Shown here piece by piece: positions 9,730 to 18,740 of a stretch of 20,000 nucleotides of DNA (positions within the stretch are counted from its first letter, which is position 1; each line of letters starts with the position of its first letter). Origin of the DNA: Chiloscyllium plagiosum (taxonomy: Eukaryota). The translations under genes were made by a program, and so were the position numbers. The notes under the pieces are model-generated. The model did no database searches, was not told the DNA's origin, and saw nothing but the letters and a program-made list of their open reading frames with translations. The DNA is taken from assembly GCF_004010195.1 (NCBI RefSeq), contig NC_057719.1, positions 73,439,546 to 73,459,545 of the forward strand. The letters run 5' to 3'.

Positions 9730-9909
9730 TTCAATCAGTCTGCTTTGTCCTGGATTGTTAAGCCTCTTAAGTGCTGTTAGAGCTGTACCCTTCCAAGCAG
9801 GTAAAGAATATGCCATCAATCTCCTGACCTGTAGTCAGGAGGTTTATATCCACACACTTCCCAGATTCTGACCTGCTCTTGTAGCCAAAGTATTTGTGTA
9901 GCTCGTCCA
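9730..9909 (-). mobile_element. CR1/L2-group LINE RT C-terminal fragment
   Basis: Reverse complement reads tactttggctacaagagcaggtcagaatctggg...ctcctgact...caggagattgatggcatattc...cagctctaacagcacttaagaggcttaacaatccaggacaaagcag. Same family as 13205-13355. Confidence 0.65.
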
Positions 9910-10170
9910 GAGGGTGGTGGAATTTGGAAGTCGCTGCCTTTTAGTGTGTTAGAGGCAGAAACTCTTAACATTTTAAGAAATATTTATATGTGCACTTGCA
10001 ATGTCAAAGCATGCAAGGTTATGGACAGTGTTAGAAAATGGGATTAGATTTGTTGTTCTTCATTGGCCCATTGGGTCTGCAACAAACAACGTTTGTGTTA
10101 TACACCCCTATGACTATGATTGGGCTTTGTATCCTACCTTGAGAAACATCTACTCAGTGGCCGAAGGTGT
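9910..10170 (+). mobile_element. CR1-type LINE 3' end fragment
   Basis: gagggtggtggaatttggaagtcgctgcct...agaggcagaaactcttaacattttaagaaatattt...ggttatgg...aaatgggattag is typical of the CR1 ORF2 end (RVV..W.SLP..V.EA...FKK.L) and 3'UTR. Confidence 0.6.
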
Positions 10171-10250
10171 AAATGTCATTGTGTATAATGCTAATGAATG
10201 AATTAAATTTGAAATTCATGTGTTATGCATTTTGTTATAACCTTTTTTAG

Positions 10251-10601
10251 GAAAACTGTCATAATGAAGAGATACTCAGTTCTCTGAAGTATGTCCGTCC
10301 TGGTGGTGGTTTTGAGCCCAATTTCACCATGTTCCAGAAGATCAACGTCAACGGTGCTGGCACACACCCTGTCTTTGCATTTCTGAAGGAGAAGTTGCCC
10401 GTTCCTTCAGATGATGCTACATCCTTTATGAATGATCCCAAATTCTTCATCTGGAGTCCAGTCAGCCGATCAGATATCGCTTGGAATTTTGAAAAGTTTC
10501 TTATTGGCCCTGAAGGGGAGCCTTTCAAACGCTACAGCAAAACATTCCAAACCATCCAGATTGAACCTGACATCAAAAGGCTTTTGAAAGTTATCAAATA
10601 A
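10251..10601 (+). CDS. GPX2: Glutathione peroxidase 2, coding exon 2 ([20 protein letters not shown]...[16 protein letters not shown]...[10 protein letters not shown])
   Basis: Acceptor ccttttttAG ends at 10250, phase 0. 116 codons plus TAA, giving a 190-aa protein. Catalytic tetrad Sec40/Gln74/Trp152/Asn153. Confidence 0.97.
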   Translation, partial: ENCHNEEILSSLKYVRPGGGFEPNFTMFQKINVNGAGTHPVFAFLKEKLPVPSDDATSFMNDPKFFIWSPVSRSDIAWNFEKFLIGPEGEPFKRYSKTFQTIQIEPDIKRLLKVIK

Positions 10602-11329
10602 AGAATCCAAGTTTAGTGGAATAAGCAAGGAGGCAGAGTTATATTTCTTTACACATTACCTTCACTAATGGGAAAACTGCAATAACCTTTTTTAGTTGAC
10701 TTTTATCAATTCGGACTCTAAATTAAATACAGAACTTGTTTGCTGTGCACAAAAATTGGAGGTTGAGATATTTCATCCAATCATTTGAGCTCCTTGCATA
10801 GCTTTCCGTCTTCTCATCTGCCTTCAAGATCAGTGCATGACTGATTTACTTTGTCTTCTACTAATTTTCATCTTTGCTCACGACTTGAGCTGCTTCCTTC
10901 TTTTCAAAAAACATCTTTAAATGCTGTTTGTTGCAACAAAAGCCTTTGTGTTCTCTCATCACATTAGTTAGTACATCTTTTTCAAATGTTGAAAGAAAGG
11001 ATAAATATCATGTTGATCTCACTATCTAATCAACTAGAAAATTAATCTGATCAGTACCTGCCATAGTGAAGATAATCTGAGATTTTAGTTGTGTTGATTG
11101 GACCTCCTGAACGTACTGGTTACTGAAAACCTCAACTATAAAAGGAAAATAAAGCAGTTTTCCCAATGTAAGAGGGTAAATGTGCTTCCAATAAGTCAAC
11201 CATCTGTTACTGCACAACAATTTTGAATTGTAAGTCGCCAGAAGTGCTGAGAATTTGCTTTTGTCCCAGTTTATGGATCTTAGAAATAGGTCTACTTCCT
11301 TTAGAAGTTTTTAAACAGTTCTTCTGTTC

Positions 11330-11407
11330 TTCAGAACTTTCATAAATGAAGGCATCCTCCTAAATCCAATAAGGAAGCTGCCAGAAAAACCAAGGAAAGT
11401 TACTGAA
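11330..11407 (+). ncRNA. SECIS element (form 1) in the GPX2 3'UTR (cis-acting RNA structure)
   Basis: Helix I: TTCAG-AACTTTC / GAAAGTT-A-CTGAA. Core: ATGAA (11346-11350) and AGAA (11383-11386) giving tandem G.A pairs. Helix II: GGCATCCTCCT / AGGAAGCTGCC (9 of 11 pairs). Apical loop starts with AAA (11362-11364). The 5' side resembles the recalled human GPX2 SECIS (ATGATGGCACCTTCCTAAACCC). Confidence 0.9.
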
Positions 11408-11467
11408 TTTTCAGGATGTTACTGTTTGAAATTTTTTTGGTGTAGACATTGTGTATGAGAAATGAAT

Positions 11468-11491
11468 AATAAAGAATGTTTTGAAAATAAA
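11468..11491 (+). other. GPX2: GPX2 polyadenylation signals (AATAAA at 11468-11473 and 11486-11491)
   Basis: Tandem AATAAA 60-80 nt after the SECIS, followed by a U/GU-rich tract (cttgtttgtttctttttggtt). Confidence 0.7.
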
Positions 11492-13088
11492 ACTTGTTTG
11501 TTTCTTTTTGGTTCAGTTCCAGCAATTAAGAATGTACTTAATTTCTCAAAATAAAAACAATTTCTTGATCACCTGCCTGAAATTAATCAGTCACTTTGGT
11601 CATTCTGGATGAACAGGCCTCATGCTCTTAATTATTTGAACATTTGTTCCCTGAAACTATACTTTATTCTTAAGACCTTCAATCTGCAGCACAATAAATT
11701 CTTCATATATGTAATTAGTCATCATATTTCACCTGGAATTAGGTTAGCAGGAATGAATGGAATTCCAAAGCCACAAAGAAAGTGGCCATACTACTTGCTG
11801 AGTTGGCACATGTATCTCTAACCTTGATGCTTGTATGAAATATAAAGTATTTCCCAGTCTTAATTTGTTTTCACATCAAAACTAATCTTGTATTCCAGAC
11901 AGCCAGTAACCGGTGTGAGCTATATTGTGGAGAAAAAGTGAAACTTTCTGATGGAGACAAGTAAAACACTGTCCAATCAAGGTGGACAATTAAATCAGCA
12001 CTGATGTATATCTGTGGTTAAGCTGATTGCCTTTATTTTGGAGAAAGGCTGAAGGGCTTAAAATGAAAATTATTAATCTTAATTACACTATGGACAAGGA
12101 AACCAACAAGTCCTCTGATTTTTGTCATGTCTGATAAGTAATGGGTATTTTGAAAAGTACTTAGAATAAATCTTTGGCATAGTTTTGAATTATCAAGCTT
12201 ATCACTAATAGCAAAGAAATAGATGTGCAACAGATCAGTCAATATTAAAAAGTGAAAGAAAATAATATTTTGGGGATCAAAATAGTAACTTCATTCCAAT
12301 GAAGTCTTAAACATTATGTTTAACTCTTGTTCACAATCAGTTGCTAACCACAAAATATGCTTAATTCTTGCAGATTGTATCCTTTTTCCTGTAAGTATGC
12401 AGAGTCATGCATGTGAAAACTCCTCTAATATTGCAAGTTTTCTATAAACTAAAATGAATTGACTAATTATGAGGAATGATAAGATTTGTTTGTCAAGCAG
12501 GCTGAAGATTTAAAAGTGACAGTAATAGAAAGTAGTAGATATCACACTTAATTGGTAAAATAGTTGTGAGAAATCCTTATCAAGAAGTGTTTAATTATGG
12601 TGACAAAAATGAGAAGCACCATTTTGAGTGATTTTCCATTAACAATACTGAAAAGTAACCAATCCAGAAACAATTTGTAAAAGTGAGAAATTATGGGCAA
12701 TAAGCCATTTCTGCCTTTGACTCTGTTAACCTATGCATTTAGCTCATTATGCACATATTTCATGTTTGAGCCTCAAGAGCTCTGGGAATTAGAAAGAAAG
12801 CTAAGATTTAAATGAACTATAAAACCACAGTTAGATACATCTATAAGTAAAGTGGATTGGTATAAAATTTCTAATGTGATCCAAAGTGCCATGAACATGT
12901 TTATGAATAAAATTGAAACACATACATCTTTTGGAATATGCTCTGCTAAAGTAAACCCAGTACTTTGAAAGTGAAAAGCACTGCAGAAAATAAATTGCCT
13001 GGCAGATATGGTATAGCAGTGTGTCAGGTATAGGCCTGAAGTACAATTCAAACAACCAGAAACCGAACCAGTCATAAAGACTGTCACA

Positions 13089-13198
13089 GGGGCTCTTGTG
13101 GCACAGTGATAGTGCTCCTACCTAGGAGAAAGGAAGCTTAGGTTCAAGTTCCAACTACTCCAGAGGTATGTCAACTCTGCAACAAGTTGATTGAAAAT
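13089..13198 (+). mobile_element. Short tRNA-derived SINE
   Basis: GGGGCTCTTGTGGCACAGTGATAG (A-box-like) and GGTTCAAGTTCC (B-box-like, 13141-13152) at tRNA-like spacing, without a full cloverleaf. Confidence 0.7.
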
Positions 13199-13204
13199 GT
13201 CTAG

Positions 13205-13355
13205 AAATACTGTGGCTACAAGTGCCGGTCAGAGGTTAGGAACCCTATAGCAAGTGATTCATCTCCTGACTCCCCAAAACCTGTACACCAGCACAAGTAT
13301 GGTGAACAATGGAATACTCTCACTTTTCGAGGTGAGTGCAGCTCCAACAACACAA
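13205..13355 (+). mobile_element. CR1/L2-group LINE RT C-terminal fragment
   Basis: Translates VATSAGQRLGTL*QVIHLLTPQNLYT...MEYS...SAAPTT, a decayed LINE ORF2 thumb region. Confidence 0.65.
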
Positions 13356-13997
13356 AGTCTGGCCTGCACATGTTGTTTGACACTTACACCCATCTTATGG
13401 GTGAGAAAGTGGAATCATTGATAATCCCATGCATCTCAATGGGGAAGGGTGTATTTAAGGGAGCAGTGACATTCAAGGTTGTGACATGTTCACTCAGCAG
13501 CTGTGTAATGGTCTGGATTGAAAGAGTGCATAGAATACTGTCTTTTGCAGACCTAAATGCTCTCACTGTGATCACGCATAACAAGGCAATGTCGCAATCT
13601 CTGTGCACTTCAAATCAATGTTTGAAGAGATGTGGATGAAGGAAAGGTCAAAAAGAACTTAATCAGGGTTCATGTCAATCTGCTAATTCTCATGAGAGAA
13701 TGGACAACTGATGACTCATATATAGCCTCATAGATAGGATTTATAGCCAAAACTAAGATTTGCAACATTTTGTTGCTGCTTTCTCGCTAATGTTGAGGCA
13801 GGGCAAGTAATGCACTACTGACAACATTAGTGTGACTGAAGATTTCATTAAACTATTAAAAAAGGATACAAAATACAAAAAGTGAAGAGCAGCAAACAAA
13901 CCAATTAAACAGTTCATTTGCACAATGCAGGGGCTTTTCTGTCAGATTAACAAATTTAATGCACAATAATTCCAACAAAATCTCAGTCATCCGAGAA

Positions 13998-14650
13998 TTA
14001 AGTAGCAATTAGGTTGTGCCTGGCCTCACAGTCCCTCGGAAATATCTTCATCCTGGACATTTTCTTGAAGCTCAGCCTCATCTTCATTTTCAGATGATTG
14101 GGGTATTTCCTCCATTTCTTCTGAATCTGGGACATTCTTCCCCCTCCCCACCCAAGCTTGAATATCTGGCACAATCCCGCAAAATGTTCCTTCAATAGTC
14201 ACAAATTCGCTGAACATTAAGGGTCTTCAATCCTTTCCTGTTCATTGCCTTTACCGGTTGATGATGAAGTGCTCTCAAAGCGCTTTCCTGGGGTAAAGCA
14301 ATGATGTTACAGAATCCTAATGCCTTGCTTTTTGACTGGCATCATCAAACAAGGAGATGAAGAAGGATCCCTCTTAAAAGTGAGATCAGCAATATCTCAA
14401 ATGCACATAAAAGTGAAAATTGACAGATGCCACAGTGGTCCAGGTTTCTCCCTGAAACAACCAGCTTGCAATAAAATACAGCAACAGGTACCTTGGTGGC
14501 ACTAAGAATGGATTTGCTCCCAGCCCCTGTGAGCATAAGTCCCTCTCTTCAGGATTTGGCGTAGGTCTGAGATGATGATCAGGACATCCTTCTGCCAAAA
14601 GCTCTTGAACTCCGGCAACCATCTGATCTCACAACAGGACTCGACTGATC
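13998..14650 (-). pseudogene. Decayed PIF/Harbinger (HARBI1-like DDE) transposase with internal deletion
   Basis: Minus strand from 14245 reads MNRKGLKTLNVQRICDY*RNILRDCARYSS (cf. Harbinger NRKGFHSLNVQLVCD...CARYPGS). Upstream fragments FIASWLFQG, DHCGICQ and KALGFCNIIALPQ are in the expected order. An acidic tail ends ARHNLIAT*. Confidence 0.75.
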
Positions 14651-15384
14651 TACCTATAATCCTCACATTGCTTCCACTGGACTGCAAGGACTGATTGTGA
14701 TCAAATCCTCAGTCTGCAAGGGCACAGATCACAGAACCAACCATCTGACTGACTGAACTGAGACCAGCTCCTTGACTGATTGTGGTGATGCTCCCTGACT
14801 GATTGGAGTATACCTCCTTCTCCATGAGACAGTCATCCCCTTTGACTTTCACACATCATTACTTTCTTCAAGAGTATGTAATATGTTTACCACTTAAACT
14901 GCTGGCACATACTGCAGTTCTGATGTTGATGCAACAGTGCTATACAGTGACATATCCACTGTCGCTCTGATTTAAACATGTACTCTTCAGCACTCTTCCA
15001 CCAGTAGCTATTTGACTTTCCTGCTGTACTAACAAGCAGGCAAAACCACACGAGTTGCCTGCCTCTATCTGTGCTAAAAAACCTTCTGCACGCAAAACCA
15101 GGCCAAGTCACAGAAAATGCCTTGCTCCGAGTCAACACTTAAAATGGTGAGGAGATGTATAAGATGCCTGGCTGCCCCTAAATGTAAAATGATCTGGTAC
15201 AAGCAGATAAGTCCTGGCTGTTCCTCAGCTCCAAAGCACATGCTTCAAATCCTCAAGTCATGCCTGAGTTAGTCCTCGAGCACATATTTTTATATTGTGA
15301 GGCTGGTGCTTTGTGGATGCCAGGTTGAGTGAATGAAGGGTTCAGGAAGAATGTGGCCATTGATCATGGAGGCAAATGAAGCAG

Positions 15385-16345
15385 ATCAATATGATCTTGG
15401 CTGATCATCAACTCTGCACCCTATTCTCACTTTCTCCCCATACCCTTCGATTCCTTTAGTCCGAAGAACTATATCTAACTCCTTGTTGCAAACACTCAAT
15501 GTTTTAGCCTCAACCACTTTCTGTGGCAGAGAACTCCACAGGCTCACGTGAACAAAGCTCTCCTTATCTCAGTCCTAATGGCCCATTCCATATCCTTAGA
15601 TTGTGACTTTGGTTCTGGACTCTCGGTCACCAGGAAAAGCATTCCTGTGTTTACCCTATCTAGTCCTGTGAGAATTTTATAGGTTTCTATGAGATCCCCT
15701 TCATTATTTTAAACTCTAGTGAATATAATCCTAACCATTCCAGTGTCTCTTCATCTGTCAGTCCTGCCATTCCAGGAATCAGTGTGGTAAACCTTTGTTG
15801 CCTACCTCCATAGCCAGAACACCTTTCCTCAGGTAAGGTGACCAAACCAGCACATAATACTCCAGGTGTGGACTCACCAATGCCCTGTACAACTGTAGCA
15901 AGCCATCCTGCTTTCTACTCAAATCCTCTGGCTATGAAGGCCTTCTACAGAACCTGCATGTTTACTTTCAGATACTGGTATATAGAACATCTAGGTTTTA
16001 TGGCACCTCCCCCTTTCCTAATCTATCACTATTCAGATAATAATTTGCCTTCCTGTTTTTGCTACTAAAGTGGATAACTTCGCATTCATCTGCCCACTTA
16101 CTTATTTTGTCCAAATCACACTAAAGCATCTCTGCATCCTCCTCATAGTTTACCCTCCCAACCAGCTTTGGATCATCTGCAAACAAGAAGACATTACATG
16201 TAGCTCCTTCATATAAAAAGATTAATATACAATAGCTGGAGTTTTCTCACCAATTCCTGCAGTATTCTATGAACCACAGACTGCCACTCAGGAAATAACC
16301 CATTTATTCCTGGTCTTTCTTTTCTGTCTGCCAACTAGTTATCTG
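15385..16345 (-). mobile_element. CR1-type LINE, RT domain to 3' UTR, decayed
   Basis: Minus strand FADDPKLVGRV (FADD at 16172-16183, RT catalytic motif), then LYRALVSPHLEYYVLVWSPYLRKGVLAME and a CR1-like 3' end. Confidence 0.85.
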
Positions 16346-17647
16346 ACTAACCCCACACAATGCACAATTAATCTAACATTGTCTAGCAACCAACTTTCTA
16401 AACAAACATTTTTCTTTGAGGTGGTCAAAGATGATAAAAGAGAAAAAGCAGAGTGGGCTTGGTGGAAAGGGCATGATTCACAATGAATCATTTCTTACAG
16501 TGAGAAAGTTATCCGTTAGGATACCCATTAGGAGGAACATAGGAACAACAGCAGACCACTCAGCATTCAATGAGAACACAGGTGACAGAATGGCCCAGGC
16601 AAGGCATTCACAGAACTTTAAGACTTTAGACTCTGATAAGAAAGATGCATAGATCATATTGCTACTATATTGTAATACATTGAATGATTATCATTAATTC
16701 CATTGACTAATTTAACACTTGGGACTTTCTTTTAAGAAAACACTTTTGCATGGATATGGATACTTTTCTGGAAATGTTTGCAGAGATTATCTGACCTATG
16801 ACAGAAGTCAGGTTACTAAAAACCTCTGATGTGGATTTACAGTGGACACGTTTGAGCAGTTTCCCTGCAGGATTTCATACCTGTCGTTATTTTACCTATT
16901 TGGAAAAAGCCCAATGATAATAAGCACAGCCACCTCACAACAAAATTTGCCAGAGGCAGGAGAAAAGTAGAAAACCTTATTGTGCAAAAGATTGCTGAAG
17001 ACTCTCATATATTTCAATGGCACCTTGACAGCCTTGCCCGTAGATATTGAAACTCCTTTGTTAAAATGGATAGTTCCCATTGTGTACTAATAGCCAGAGA
17101 GCACATGACTGAAACACCCCAATGCTTATAAGCTTGTCTGTTTTTACAGATGAGAGGAACATCAAGACAGCCTGCAGAATGGAATACTAACAGCAGCTCT
17201 CTCTCTCAACAGTCTCTTCTCAATCACAGTACATGCCAGAATATGTCAAAAGATAGAGAATTTTAAAATGTAGGGAACTAGAAGGGCCATATCACCCACC
17301 CAGGAAAAGGACAGATTGCAGTTTAAAAGTAACCACCTTTAGGAGAACAACCAGGTTACATTGACCACAAACCTTCGTGAGATTCAAGGTCACCAAAGGA
17401 AGCTTGGAAGGTGTAATTCTTTTTACTTATGGACTTTAATGTTTACCTAACTATATCTCCTCCATCCTATAACATGTTCTGTTTTTTGTGTTAGTGTTTA
17501 TGTTGAAGGATTAGTGTAGGTTTTACCTTTTTAATAAGCATTATTAAGGAGAGAAAGCAAATTACTGCGGATGTTGGAATCTGAAAACAAAAGAGAAAAT
17601 GCTGGAAAATCTCAGCAGGTCTGGCAGCATCTGTAAGGAGAGAAAAG

Positions 17648-17687
17648 AGCTGACGTTTCGAGTCTAACTAACCCTTTTTTCAAAGCT
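17648..17687 (-). ncRNA. Minimal hammerhead-ribozyme-like motif with U3-A8 variant core
   Basis: Minus strand: AGCU UUGAAAA (AA) GGGU UAGUUAG ACUC GAAA CGUC AGCU. Parsed as stem I AGCU/AGCU, core, stem II, GAAA, palindromic ACGU in place of helix III, and a GUC cleavage triplet. Confidence 0.55.
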
Positions 17688-17919
17688 AAAAAAAATGGAA
17701 AAATAGGGAGGTATTTATACTAGGCTAAGAGAAGGTGAAAACAGTTAAAAAGCAGATGCTGGAAACCAGATTTTGGATTAGTGGTGTTGGAAGAGCACAG
17801 CAGTTCAGGCAGCATCAGAGGAGCAGCGAAATCAACGTTTCAGGCAAAAGCCCTTCAGCAGGAAGGTGAGGAAATTTGGGGGAGGGGCGCTGGAGTGGAG
17901 GTTGGGTTGGTGGGGTGTG

Positions 17920-18115
17920 TGAATGGCGGAGCATGATACATTGTATCTGGAGGTTGGTGGGGTGGAAGGTGAGGACCAGTGGCATTCTGTCCTGGTGGTG
18001 ATTGGAGGGGCGGGGTTCAAGGGCGGAAGTGCGGGAAGTGGAGGAGATGCAGTGGAGAGCATCGTCGACCACGTCGGAGGGGAAATTGCAGTCTTTGAAG
18101 AAGGAGGCCATTTGC
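17920..18115 (-). pseudogene. Inverted PLE ORF fragment (RT-EN linker: MASFFKDCNFPSDVVDDALHCISSTSRTSALEPRP...MPLVLTFHPTNLQIQCIMLRH)
   Basis: ORF 17815..18111(-). The PLVLTFHP motif is typical of the PLE linker and overlaps the start of the plus-strand fragment. Confidence 0.8.
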
Positions 18116-18131
18116 GTCGTTCGGTAGTGGC

Positions 18132-18740
18132 CACCCCACCAACCTCCAGATACATCTTATCATCCTCCGTCATTTCCGCCACGTCCAAACGGACCCCACC
18201 ACCAGGGATATATTTCCCTCCCCACTCCCATCAGCGTTCAGGAGAGACGACTCCCTCCGCGACTCCCTCGTCAGGTCCACACCCCCCACCAACCCAACCT
18301 CCACTCCCAGCACCTTCCCCTGCAACTGCAAGAAATGCAAAACTTGCGGCCACACCTCCCCCCTCATCTCCCTCCAAGGCCCCAAGGGATCCTTCCATAT
18401 CCATCGCAAATTCAACTGCATCTCCACACACATCATTTACTGTATCCGCTGCACCCGATGTGGTCTCCTACATTGGGGAGACAGGCCGCCTACTTGCGGA
18501 ATGTTTCAGGGAACACCTCTGGGACACCCGCACCAACCAACCCAACTGCCCAATGGCTGAACATTTTAACTCCCCCTCCCACTCCGCCATAGACATGCAG
18601 GTCCTTGGCCTCCTCCATCGCCAGACCCTGACCACACGACACCTGGAGGAAGAGCACCTCGTCTTCCGCCTAGGAACCCTCCAACCACAAGGGATGAATG
18701 TAGATTTCTCCAGCTTCCTCATTTCCCCTCCCCCCACCTT
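18132..18740 (+). pseudogene. Penelope-like GIY-YIG endonuclease fragment, frameshifted (probably Neptune-type Cys-rich linker)
   Basis: Frame from 18132 reads HPTNLQIH...FPCNCKKCKTC...HIIYCIRCTRCGL. After a frameshift at ~18467 it continues YIGETGRLLAECFREH...AEHFNSPSH...RHLEEEHLVFRLGTLQPQGMN. Confidence 0.9.

Noticed and set aside
8182..13198. Pol III A/B boxes at 8252-8302 and 13089-13152 as tRNA genes
   Set aside because: No cloverleaf or anticodon arm, and they are followed by SINE body sequence.
14880..15140. Possible Myb/SANT partner ORF of the Harbinger element
   Set aside because: Only vague Trp spacing, with no convincing motif.
16700..17550. Possible solo LTR around the (CT)n tract at ~17196
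   Set aside because: No TG...CA termini, TSD or second copy could be identified.
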